Part shown: positions 51,636 to 63,293 of the stretch, one piece after another
How the letters are laid out: each line of letters begins with the position of its first letter
Position numbering within the stretch: the first letter of the stretch is position 1
Source of the DNA: Octopus bimaculoides
Taxonomy: Eukaryota
NCBI RefSeq assembly: GCF_001194135.2
Contig: NC_068987.1
Coordinates: forward strand, 87,746,630-87,810,629
Length of the DNA: 64,000 bases
Direction: 5' to 3'
Program-made: the position numbers and the translations under genes
The notes under the pieces: model-generated
Seen by the model: the letters and a program-made list of their open reading frames with translations, nothing else
Told to the model about the DNA's origin: nothing
The model's database searches: none

Positions 51636-52199
51636 AATTATTTGATAACCTGAGACTAACTGTTCATGCTTTTGTTTATCTATCTGTCTCTTTGATGATA
51701 CAAACTAGACGAATACATTGCTTTTGAGTTATAAGGTGTGACACAAGGACCAAGGTGTCATGTTACAGCTACACAGCAATTGTCAATTTTGTAAAGTAAA
51801 ATGGCATCAGTTATAGAAATGGAAGCTAGCTCACGGAAGCACACTTCTTACTATACTCGTCACCGAAAATAATGAAAATTGATTTCTTATGACACAAAAT
51901 TGCTAACAATCGACAACATCGGCTACAGTTAATTTTCAACTATAAATTTTGTCGAATACGGAAAGTTGAAGAGCAAAGTTGATCCATCTTATATGTGAAC
52001 TCGGAGTAGCGAAGAATGAAACATTTGGTCAGGTATTTTGCTGTTTCCGCTTTCTTTCGATACTGAATAATTATGAATCAGTTAAAGAAGACCAGACTTA
52101 ATTGCTATGGTCTATGTCGATATTCTCTTTGTGCAGCATGCGTTCATGTCAGGCCAACAGGTAGTCGTGTGTTATAAAAGTAAATCAATGTTACAGCGT

Positions 52200-52363
52200 T
52201 AGTGAAGATGGCGGCCATTTAGATTTAGCGCCAAGCACGTGCGTTCGTATTTACGATGTAAGCAATCAATAGACAAACAATTTCCGGCGCCAAAGTTTAA
52301 GCTATTCAGGAACAACATATTGCGTAAAAAAATTTCTAACAGGTAGTGAGTAACCAGGTAAGG
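52200..52363 (+). promoter_or_regulatory. Housekeeping-type promoter and candidate non-coding first exon of a plus-strand gene
   Basis: YY1 motif AAGATGGCGGC (52205-52215), E-box CACGTG (52236-52241), E2F-like TTTCCGGCGCCAAA (52281-52294) and donor CAG|GTAAGG at 52357/52358. No downstream coding exon was recognised. Confidence 0.45.
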
Positions 52364-52604
52364 TGGTCACTAATTAGCTAATGTTATTGCAACAACAACA
52401 AAAAATGGATTTAAAAAAATTTTACACTTTTATTATTGTTTTGGATTCTAATAATTCTCACTCAGCAATTTTGCTTTTCGTTTAATTTTAATTAGGCAGC
52501 AGCTGGTACAATAGTCATGCTAAAAGGTTTATAATGTGTTTCCAAAGGTTTTATGGTATAATTAAAGTGGGATCAACTGGGAATGTTAGGGTTAAAAAGA
52601 TATT

Positions 52605-52973
52605 TTTTGGTTTCAGTCATTCGACTGCGGCCATGCTGGGGCATCGCATTGAAAAGTTTTAGTTGAGCAAATTTACGCTAGTATTTTACTTATTTTTAAA
52701 GCCTGGTTATTTTTGCCGAACCGCTTAGATACGGGAACATAAACTAGCCAACACCAGTTGTCAAGCAGTGGTAGGGTACTGAAAGAGACACGTATATGCA
52801 TACATGTATATACGACGGGTTTCTTTCAGTTTCCGTCTACCAAATCCACTCAAAGCTTTGGCCGGCCTGTGGCTATAGTAGAAAACTCTTGCACATGGTG
52901 CCATTCATTGGGATTGAACTTGGAACCATGCCGTTGAGAAGCTAACTTCTTATTGCACAGCCATCCATGTACC
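52605..52973 (-). mobile_element. SINE family A1
   Basis: Full reverse-oriented copy. Confidence 0.8.
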
Positions 52974-53669
52974 TATACATGTGTGTGTATATTTGTATGT
53001 ATATGTGTGTGTGTGCATGTGTAAATGTGTTTGTATGTACATGTGTGTGTTGTATCCTTGTCTAGACATCATACGATGGTTGTAAATGAGCCTCACCATC
53101 ATACGAGTGAGATTGTTCATTTCCATTATATTGTGAAAAGCATGTCTCGCTCTGGAAACAAGCGAGGGTTTGTGATAGAAAGGGTATCCAGCTGTAGAGA
53201 ACCTGGTTCAATAAATTTTGTCTGACTGATGCAGGCATGGAAAAGAGGATGTTAAATGATGCTGAATGTAGTATTTCAGGATTTACATTTGTCTTCTGTT
53301 TTTTAAAAATTTGAAACCTGTTAAGATTGAGTGACAGAAAAAGAACTATGTTGAGCTAAATATCTTCCAGGGTTTACTTCTGCTTTGTGTTTTGGGGGTT
53401 CAGATCTTATCAGATCTGGTTATGGCTTCCATGAAGACTCATTACAAATAGATATCAATAATATGCCAGGTCATTGCAAAGTACTTGGTGACCTTGTTTA
53501 TTCTGGTACCACATAAAAAGTACCTGATACACTCTGTAAAGTGATTGGTATTAGGAAGGGCATCTACCTGGAGAAACAAGCCAGAACATGATTGAACTTA
53601 GTAGTGCAACCTTTGGTCTTACCAAATCCTGTTGAGCCATCCAACTCATGCTAGCATGGAAAACAGACA

Positions 53670-54616
53670 TTAACCTTTTCGTTACCATATTTATTTTTGA
53701 GATTCTCTGTGTTTCTTTCAATTAATTTTAAATACAACAAAGAATTTACTAAAATAACTTAGTTATCATCAAGCTAGTGTTAGGAACATAAATTGTGACT
53801 AAGGTTTGATGGAAGATCTTAAATCAAAACTTATGAAAACAAGACATTTGTACTATAGAGCCAGAGGTAGTTTCAGCCAGGTTGGTATCAAAAGGGTTAA
53901 ATTAATCATTTGTTAACCCTTTTGTTACCATATTTCTGTTGAGATATTCTGTGTTTCTTTCCATTAATTTTAGATACAACAAAGAATTTAGTAAAATAAC
54001 TTAGTTTTCATTAAGCTAGTGTTAGGAACATAAATTGTGACTCAGGTTTGGTGGAAGATTTTAATTCAGAACTTATGGAAACAAGACATTTGTACTCAGA
54101 GCCAGAACTGGTTTCAGCCAGGCTGGTATCAAAAGGGTTAAATTAAACATTTGTTAACCCTTTTGCTACCATATTTCTGTTGAGATGCTCTGTGTTTCTT
54201 TCAATTAATCTTAAATACAACAAAGAATTTAGTAAAATAACTTAGTTACCATTAAGCTAGTGTTAGGAACATAAATTCTGACTAAGGTTTGGTGGAAGAT
54301 TTTAATTTAAGACTTATAAAAGCAAGACATTTGTACTACAGAGCGAGAGGTGGTTTCAGCTAGGTTGGTATCAAAAGGGTTAAATTAATCATTTGTTAAC
54401 TCTTTAGTTACCATATTTCTGTTGAGATTCTCTGTGTTTCTTTCGATTAATTTTAAATACAACAAAGAATTTAGTAAAATAACTAAGTTATGAAACTAGT
54501 GTTAGGAACATAAATTGTGACTAAGGTTTGGTGAAAGATTTTAATTCAAAATTTATGAAAATAAGACATTTGTACTTCAGAGCCAGTTTCAGCCGGGTTG
54601 GTATCAAAAGGGCTAA
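53670..54616 (+). mobile_element. Tetramer of a ~230-bp piggyBac-type (TTAA) MITE
   Basis: Units start at 53670, 53913, 54154 and 54396. TIRs TTAACCCTTT / AAAGGGTTAA; 12-bp spacers ATTAA(T/A)CATTTG. Confidence 0.92.
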
Positions 54617-55177
54617 ATGATGATGATAATGAATGTCATTAACTAGTCCCCGCTTTTTTTTTTAATCTAAAGAACTAGCCTTTAGTGTAGTTGGTAGCAG
54701 TGCCTTTTTGTTTATCCCTAGGTAAATTCTGATTGAATTTATTCTCAAAAGCATTCTGGCTGTTACTACTACATTTTTTTTTCTTAAACTCAATGCACCC
54801 AGGATCACAGGAGCCAGCGTGTCCTGCTTTATTAAGATGACAATGGGATTTGTGGGAAGGTTTTCTATTGGTTTTGTTAAGAGAACAATGAAGAGGCTCT
54901 CTCACTAGCTTTCAGTGCATAGTTCCAAAATGCTATTGGGTTGCTGAGATACCACTGAAAATTCAGGCTTTCATGTAAGGATTCATGAGAAATACTTATC
55001 AAGTATTGGGGTCAATTTGACTAATTGATACAGATTTCACCCTGGCTTCTTCACACACAGCACCATGGCTGGGTATTGTGAATAAGTCTTCTTATTATTA
55101 CTTGTGTTTTAGGGATGGATGAAAAGCAACATCCCGGTTATTATTAGATTTATAAGACATAATGTTGGAATAATGCT

Positions 55178-55548
55178 GCACATGGCTGTGTGGTAAGAAG
55201 CTTGCTTCTCAACCACATGGTTCCGGGTTCAACCCCACTGAGTAGCACTTTGGGCAAATGTCTTCTATTATCGTCTCGGGCTGATCAAATTCTTGAGTGG
55301 ATTTGGTTGACGGAAACTGAAAGAAGCCAGTAGTATATATATATGTTTGTGCGTCTGTGTCCCCTCCCCATCACTTGACAACCAATGTTGGTATGTTTAC
55401 GTCCCCATAAATTAGCAGTTCGGCAAAAGAGACCTATAGAATAAGTACTAGGCTTACAAGGAATAAGTCCTGGGGTTGATTTGTTTGACTAGAGGCAGTG
55501 CTCCAGCATGGCTGCAGTCAAATGACTGAAACAGGTAAAAGAATAAAA
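55178..55548 (+). mobile_element. SINE family A1
   Basis: Full copy. Confidence 0.85.
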
Positions 55549-55889
55549 AAAATATCCTAAAATTATGAAATATTCTTTACGGTGTCCAGTACAGACAAGA
55601 AAAAGAGAAATTTTATCAGAGGAGTATTTTCTTGTGACCTTCTCTGGGCCAACAGAACTTCAACTCAACACTATTACTGGCAAGCCTACTAGATAGTGCC
55701 TGCATAGATGTTGGGAATACTATGCCTTGGCCTTGAACATAATGAAGTGGTTGTGACAGCATCTGAACAGTTAATCTGTCTTGGATGATAAATAACTCAG
55801 ACATGCAGTCTGCATGAAATAACAGAAGCTAAGTTAGCATCAACACTATTAAAACAGAGAGCATTAAAAAGCTATCAAAAAATAATTAT

Positions 55890-56030
55890 ACATTGAAGAA
55901 TGAACAGCAGATCTTTACCTTTTGTCTGTTCTGGGTCGATAAAAATAAGTACAAGTTGCATACTGGGGTCCATGTAATCGACTTACCCCACTCCACCGAA
56001 ATTGCTGGCCTTGTGCCAAAATTTGAAACC
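55890..56030 (+). mobile_element. SINE family B, 3' part
   Basis: Core GGGTCGATAAAAATAAGTAC. Confidence 0.7.
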
Positions 56031-56218
56031 ATTATTTCGATTATTTGTAAGGGAGATAACTCTTGGAATTCTATATTTTTTAGAATACTATGACGTCAAC
56101 GAAGCATACACTTAAGTTTTCTGTTATAATTCTATTCCTAACTAGGATACTGTACAGACATATTAAATCGACACCTGTACTTATCTATACTATTAAACAT
56201 CTTCCAAACTGATTCAAT

Positions 56219-57100
56219 ATGTTTTTAATTGCAAACTTTGTCATTTATGTGTTCAATAATTACATGGTGTATTTGATGCTGGAGGTGAGAGACGCCTTCT
56301 GGAAAAGGAGTTATGTGCTAGTTATAATCGGCGGTGGTATCACCAGATTTGTTCAAGTTAACGATACACATTTGCATAAGCAACTGAAAGCAAAATATCA
56401 CGGAATAGAGAAAGCAAAGATGCTAGAAAAGTTAGTTCAAACTCCGAATAAAATAGCCATGCCCAATCGATCTGAGATGATGCAGATGCTACATCAATCA
56501 CATGCAAGTTGTGAGATTGATGTCAAAGCTGCTTTCAAGTCGACGTGAGCCACGAACGCTTTTGATAGCTTTGAACATTATAAGATGTCAGACTGAATCA
56601 TGCACCTCGTCGGCCCATTGATACGAGAGAGTTGTCTAAAGATGATGTCCAAACCCTGCCAAGATACTACTCAAGAGAGTCACCAAGAGCTTAATTCCAC
56701 CGAAAGGGGTCAAGCGTGCAAACAGTATTGAAGGCTCAGAACTATTTGATGGTGACGGCATTGAGGAAAAAGCTACTAAAAGTGAGTCAGAAGATGAAAG
56801 CGAGCCATCTGGAATCTTATGGAGGTGATTGACCCATCTGAAGAAATCCCCATGGAGGTTTCGCAGGAGCCAAAGCACGGTTGGCCAGACATAACGGGAA
56901 GCTCTATCTCTCTTGTAGGAATCAGCAGTGACAATCAGGTTAATAAAGATGCCCTGTTCCTTGAATAAATACAAAGGTGTTGGATGAAAACGGAACCTCT
57001 ACACTTTTCTTGCCATAGTATTGCTGACCTGTGCATTTATGTTGAACACCTACTGTCGCTTGTAGGACGAATTTGGCTATTTGCAGAATCCATTGTGAAG
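56219..57100 (+). pseudogene. Decayed pogo/Tigger-type (DDE_1) transposase
   Basis: ORF 56219-56548 has LVIIGGGITRFVQVNDTHLHKQLKAKY, the IPGGxTxxxQPxD-like third-Asp motif. Downstream frames contain stops. Confidence 0.7.
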
Positions 57101-57113
57101 ATTGTGAAGTTTA

Positions 57114-57206
57114 ACTAAGTTATTTTTACTAAATTCTTTGTTATATTTAAAGTAATGGAAAGAAACACAGAGCATCTCGAAATAAATACAGTTACGAAAA
57201 GGTTAA
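57114..57206 (-). mobile_element. Partial copy of the TTAA MITE
   Basis: Ends in CGAAAAGGTTAA; matches the array unit. Confidence 0.7.
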
Positions 57207-57568
57207 ATTTCTATCTTACAAACTGAAAAGAGAGCTTGACAAAATTAACTAAATTAGCATAAAATAATGGTTTCATACTATTTATAATTAAGATCTAAAC
57301 TGTTAATATGTGAGTGCAAAAGAGACAGTTGAATAACTGTAAACCTACTTTTGGGCCACCCTTGTATTTATAACTTCATAACAACTTGTATCTCATAAAT
57401 TTAGCTGTTAATATATGCAGACCTCTCCATACCTGTAGTTCAAGTTTACTGCTGGTCAAGCTGAATGAATGGGGCACCAGCTAATCAACTTTAGAGTTCT
57501 CTTAGCAGTGTGTTTGTCTAATTAACACAAGACAATGGGGGGGGGTCCTCTGTGTGATCTCTCAGTAT

Positions 57569-57881
57569 CTTTATTTGACTAATGGGGTACACTGTTTTCG
57601 TTCCTGAGGTATGTTGCTGATGTTATTTTTCAAGTCCTTGCCTGGGATTGAACTTACTGAATAAGAGTGTGGGCGACTAATCCTCGGATTTTAAGTTCAA
57701 TCCTAGGCAACAGAAAAATAACACCAGCAACATACCTTAGGAATGGGAACAGTGTACCCCATTAGTCAAATAAAGGGTTGGGTCTGAAATTTCACCAGAA
57801 CACCTGATGAAGGCTGGAGAATACATCAGCCGAAATGTTGTGATAACAACCAACAAGGTGAGGACAAATATCCGTCCATAT
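57569..57881. mobile_element. Family F variant in head-to-head inverted configuration
   Basis: 57569-57655 is the reverse complement of about 57693-57775. The plus arm continues to the hammerhead core at 57799-57844. Confidence 0.75.
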
Positions 57882-58715
57882 GTTTGTGTGTGTGTGTGTG
57901 TGTGTCCTTGTCTAGACATTATGTGATGGTTGTAAATGATAATCACAATCACACAAGTGTTGTTATTCATATACAGTCTCCTGGGGTAATCATTCCAAGC
58001 CATGGGAAATATTACCTTGCTTAGAAACAAGTGAAGGGGGTTGCCAACAGGAAGAGCATCTGGTTGGGGAATAATCTGCCACAACAAATTCTGTCTGAAC
58101 TCATGCAAGTATGGAAAACAGCCATTAAATGATGGTGATATTGTATACACAATGCAGTGTGAATCCTAAGTATATTGGTGTTTTTTACTGTGGCACAATT
58201 GGTTCCTCAAGACCCATTGTGCTGCATTTTGTCACAGAATAGGATTAAGCAGAAAATATATTGGTTTTGAAAATAGTGGTAAATGAGAGTTTATACATTT
58301 GAAAATACCAGAACACTGACGTTTTGAGAGAGTTAAACAATTCAGATAGATTTTTATTTGAACAAAATGCAGTACAGTAGAGCTTATACTAGTTACAAAT
58401 GGATTAAACCTCTCTCTCTCCTTCTCCCTTTGAAAATGTTCACACACAGGAATCTATCATGGTTTTAAAGGGATTAAACATGATATATCTGTGAACAAAA
58501 TGTCAATACACTACATCTTATTGTAGTTAGGGATTAAACAGTTGAAAGGTCTCTTCCCCTCCCTCTGTGTGTGTGTGTGTGTGTACAGAAAGCTAATACA
58601 CAAAATATCAGAATTTTGAAAGTATTAAATAGTTATAAAGTATTTGTGTGAATGGAAGCCAACAAAGAGGCCAGTGTATGGTTGCTCAACTGGCTAGAAA
58701 CAGCAGCCGAATCTC

Positions 58716-59092
58716 TTAATTTTACACAGCCAGAAGGTATAGTTGTGTGGTTAAGAAGCTTGCTTTGCAACCACATGGTTTTAGGTTCAGTCCTACTGTG
58801 TGTCACCTTGGGTGTCTTCTACTATAGCCTAGAACTGACCAATGATTTGTAAGGAGACTCGGTAGCAGAAACTTAGAGTGTGTGTTTATCCATTCCTGCT
58901 AACTACTTGGCAAACTGCTGTTGACTTGTTTACATCCCCATAACTTAGCAGTTCAGCAAGTAAGATTGATAGAATAAATATCAGACTTTAAAAATTTAAA
59001 AAAAAAAAAGTATTGGGGTGAATTGTTTGACTAAAACCCTTCAGAGTGGTGCCCCAGCATGACCACAGTCCAATGACTGAAACAAGTAAAAG
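58716..59092 (+). mobile_element. SINE family A1 (degenerate)
   Basis: Head and tail are recognisable. Confidence 0.7.
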
Positions 59093-59389
59093 AAGAGTGT
59101 GTTGAAAAGAAAACTGGTCTGAGATGAAATTGATGAATAAAGCATCAATTTGGGTGATGAATGGGTAGAATAATTAGAAGAAAAGATGGGATACCTTGTG
59201 ATTACTGATCCACCTCTTTGAGCCCTAAATTCAAAGATTACTTTAGACATTCTTTCTTGAGAAGTTCTCTAGTAAAATGCTCAAGTATATCATTTTCCAT
59301 GTCAGCACAGAGCTCATAAGTGGAAGCATTGTTCCAGAAAGAACTAAGCATTTGAATAAATAAATCCATCCAACTATATTCTGCACTCA

Positions 59390-59600
59390 TTATTTCTGGG
59401 AGAGTTTATAGAGGTTAGAGTTCCCAGGTAGCTCTTCCATAGGGTCCTATCAGAAGCAACTATCGTTACACTTTTCTGCTGGACACCCAAGCATGACCAA
59501 CTGAGGCTACAGATATCATCTAAACCTCTCTATCTCTCTTACTTTACTGTTAGGTCTCCGGCCAGTTGGCCCAGCTTAAAGAATCTCTCTTACAATTCTT
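59390..59600 (-). pseudogene. RTE-like LINE 3' relic
   Basis: GRPNSKVR..RFRDDICSLSWSCLGV...VASDRTLW resembles an RTE RT C-terminus. Confidence 0.45.
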
Positions 59601-60752
59601 TCCTGCAACATACTAATCACATATCCATGTTTGTGAAACTGTGAACTCTCAGTGTGCAGGTCTGGTATGAATATCAGGTTGGTGCCTGGTAGGAATTAAA
59701 ATTCCACAAGCTGCAATGCAAAAAGGGCTCAAAAGAATAAACGAATGATTAAATATAATAACTCGCCATTTTGTCTAATTATTATTTTTTTTTTTAATAT
59801 TTTTTGTATTTATTTCATATAAATGGGTAAGAAATTATAAATCTTTAATTATAAATCGTTCAATCAATCAAGTTGAAGTGACGAAAAAATTCAAAGTTCC
59901 AAACTAAATACTATCTCAAAGTATTAATAAAACAAACATCATTTCTGAGCATGTGTAATTATAACCATTGCCACTACCACTGCGCAATCACTACCATCCA
60001 CCAACTTCATGTTTGCTGCAAAGCATTCGCATTTAGATAAACATGTGTATAAACACAAACACACACACAAATATAAATCTTTCTTCAAGTTATACTTACA
60101 CTCTGTCATGAACAGATACACACAAACACAGATATGTAAATAGATACCATGAATTTAGTATCATATTTTTCTCTTGCATCTTTTAATCCTTTTACTTCCC
60201 TTTGATAAAAAGTATCACTCAAACTATTAGATTCTCTTCTGTTTCTTTCTTTGGTGGGCTTATCTTCATTGTACACTTCTTTGTTCTTTTGCTTTATATT
60301 TCTACACTTTTCAGTCACATACTTTTGCTTGTCTGGCTTCAATTACTATTATGTGTCTCCTCTTTATCTCATAAATCTTACTCGTTATTGATATAATTTT
60401 TTCTGTGTTTGTGCATGTATATTTATATGCGTATTGGTCATTTTACATCCATTCTTCTATATTGCATGGGTTAGACTGATATTTGAAGCAGTATTTTACT
60501 GTTGGATGCCCTTCTTGTTGTCAACCCTTATCTGTTTTACAAGAAATTTTTTTTTAATTTCATTAGGCATCAAAAGCACAGACCAACAGAATGAAGATTA
60601 CCAAACCAACAGTCCTTTTAGTTCCTGGCTGAAGAGACAAGAAATCAATTCATTAAAACCTTGCATGGTCCTGAAATAAGAAGGTACTTGTCATATCTGT
60701 ATTGTGTGTTTTCCAGTTTTGTTTTAATTTTCATCTCCAAGTTCTGAGCTCT

Positions 60753-60981
60753 TTAACCTTTTCGTTACCAACCTGGCTGAAAGCACCTCTGGCTCTGAGT
60801 ACAAATGTTTTGTTTTCATAAGTTTTGAATTAAAATCTTCCACCAAACCTTAGTCACAATTTATGTTCCTAACATCAACTTAATGATAACTAAGTTATTT
60901 TACTAAATTCTTTGTTATATTTAAAAGTAATTGAAAGAAACACAGAACATCTCAACAGAAATATAGTAACAAAAGGGTTAA
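60753..60981 (-). mobile_element. Single copy of the TTAA MITE
   Basis: TTAA at 60753-60756 and 60978-60981; inverted relative to the tetramer. Confidence 0.88.
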
Positions 60982-61119
60982 TTCTTAGAATACCTTTGCC
61001 TCAGTTTTAAATGAATTGTGTTGCAGACTAAAATGTGTGCACATAGCATTATACACACACACATTAAATTGTAAGAGCATCAAATCATTTATAATATAGT
61101 TGTAGAAATCCTTTATCTT

Positions 61120-61465
61120 TTATTTGCTTCAGTCATTAGACTGTGGCCATGCTGGGGCACCACTTTGAAGAATTTTTAGTCAAATGGATCAACTCTAATA
61201 CCGTTTTTTAAAACTTGATACTTATTCTAGTTGTCTCTTTTGCTGGAGTACTAAGTTACAGGGATGTAAACACACCAACACTGGTTGTCAAGTATTGATG
61301 ATGGGAAAACAGACATACACACATGATGGGCTTCTTTCAGTTTCCGTGTACCAAATCCACTCATAAGGCTTTGACAAGACACTTGCCCAAGATGTCACAT
61401 AGTGGGACTGAACCCAGAACCATGTGGTTGGGAAGCAAGCTTCTTACCACACAGCCATACCCGAG
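61120..61465 (-). mobile_element. SINE family A1
   Basis: Reverse-oriented copy. Confidence 0.75.
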
Positions 61466-61589
61466 CATAAGAAAATGAGTATAAAAATACAGAATTTAGC
61501 AGAAAAACCTGGAGAATCAGTAGAGACATTCACACTGTAATGTCATTCATGACACAGAGGGGAATTCAAGTAGTCCTTTGTATCATTTC

Positions 61590-62100
61590 AACCTGGATGT
61601 TCATTCGTTTGGTTCTCATTGTGCCTTGTGGCACTTGAGGCGATGGTAAGATCATTCCACCTTCTAACCCCGAAAGTGTCCTTGACAGCTTGTTACATTG
61701 TTAATTCTTTATGTTTAAGATCTTTTGTTATTGTTCTCTGCCACATGTCCCTCAGTCGGCCATGTTTTCTTTGATGTTGTGAAACCCATTGCAAAGTGAT
61801 CCTGACAATTGAGTCAGGTAGGTAAAGACCCCAGGAATTCCTACTCAAACCTCACAAGTAAGAGAGTGGAGTAGCAAGGCTTGAGTAGCAATTCCCAGGA
61901 TTTTTACTGACCTGTCCAGGTTGAATTGATACGAGGGCCTACTTAAATTTTCCTCTTTCATCTGACATTCTATAATTAATACCTTTCTATGAGGAATAAC
62001 TGTGAACATTTGCTCTTTTGATTCTCCAGTTTTCCTGCTGAATCTGTAAATCTTTATACCCATTTCTATAATTATGTTTGAAATAATTTCATATCTTTGC
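61590..62100 (-). pseudogene. RTE-like LINE 3' relic
   Basis: IATQALL...GRLRDMWQRTITKDLK motif. Degenerate. Confidence 0.4.
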
Positions 62101-62212
62101 CATTACCTGTTCAGCTTTTTATTTTACACTTTCATTAGCTCAACTGATACATTACCTTCAATCAACTCTGATTGACACTGATTCTATATCCCTTTGTTCA
62201 ACATTGGATTTT

Positions 62213-62640
62213 AGAGTTCTATATTTAAGAGATGAGGAATTATGTACATTATTTACATTTGATGGATATTTGTCCTCATCTTGTTTGTTAACACAAGGTT
62301 TCGGCTGATATACCCTCCAGTCTTCATCAGGTGTCTTGGGGGAATTTCGAACCTGGGTTCTCATTCCTAAGGTGTTTTTCAATGTTATTATTATTCAAGT
62401 CACTGCCTGGAATCGAACTTGGAATCTTGGGGTTAGTAGCCTGCACTCTTAACCACTACGCCATTTGCACGTGGGCAGTGACTTGAATAATAATAATAAT
62501 AACATCGAAAAATACCTTAGGAATGAGAATCCAGGTTTGAAATTTCCCCAAGACACCTGATGAAGGCTGGAGAGTATATCAGCTGAAACGTTGTGTTAAC
62601 AACAAACAAGATGAGGACAAATATCTGTCAAATGTAAATA
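62213..62640. mobile_element. Head-to-head inverted pair of family F
   Basis: Full minus arm 62213-62463 with head TGGCGTAGTGGTTAAGAG...AGTTCGATTCC, a 10-nt spacer, and plus arm 62474-62640. Confidence 0.88.
62552..62597 (+). ncRNA. Minimal type-I hammerhead ribozyme motif (Penelope type)
   Basis: GACAC-CTGATGA-A-GGCTG(10 nt)CAGCT-GAA-ACGT-T-GTGTT: helix I GACAC/GUGUU, palindromic ACGU helix III, GUU cleavage triplet. Confidence 0.65.
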
Positions 62641-62935
62641 ATTAGATTTTAGGTTCTTTGTCTAATTATCATCATATAGAGTCTGTTTTCCATGCTGGCA
62701 TGGGTTGGACAGCTTGCCAGGAGCCAGGGGCCACACTAGATTCCATAGTCCAGTCTAAGTACTTATTGTCTGTATCCATTTTTATGCCATTTTTTTCTTA
62801 CATCTTATATATGCACACATTTATGCATTTACAGCTATGAGGAAATAAAACAAAAACCTTAATAAATGTTTCGCCCATGTTAGCAAAGAAAAACTGGTGT
62901 AAAATGAACAATCACAAACATTAAGGGCAGTACAT

Positions 62936-63293
62936 AGGCAGAGGTGTGGCTGTGTGATGAGAAGCTTGCTTCACAATCATGTGTCTTCTACTATAGCCTC
63001 AGGCCAACCAAAATACCTTGTGAGTGGATTTGGTAGATGGAAACTGAAAGAAGCCCGTCATATGTATATTAAAAAAATATATATATATACTCACACACAC
63101 ACACATATGTGTGTATGTCTTTGTGTCTGTGCTTGTTCCCCATCAATGCTGGTGATAGGTTTACATCCCTGTAACTTAGTGGTTTGGCAAAAGAGCCTGA
63201 TAGAATAAAGTACCAGGCTTAAGATTCATTTGACTAAAGCTTCTTCGGTGCCCCAGCAGAGTCGCAATCTACTGACTGAAACAAGTGATAGAT
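62936..63293 (+). mobile_element. SINE family A1
   Basis: Head (internally deleted), body and tail. Confidence 0.75.

Noticed and set aside
53670-54616. CRISPR-like or coding interpretation of the 242-bp tandem array and of the family C subrepeats
   Set aside because: The context is eukaryotic, the spacers are constant rather than unique, there are no cas genes, and TIR/TTAA structure explains the array.
60106-60342. Charged minus-strand ORF MKPDKQKYVTEKCRNIKQ...
   Set aside because: It lacks a good acceptor and resembles the RTE LINE inter-domain region, next to other RTE relics.
62400-62463. SINE heads as genuine tRNA genes
   Set aside because: A and B boxes are present, but there is no complete acceptor stem and each head continues into a repeat body.
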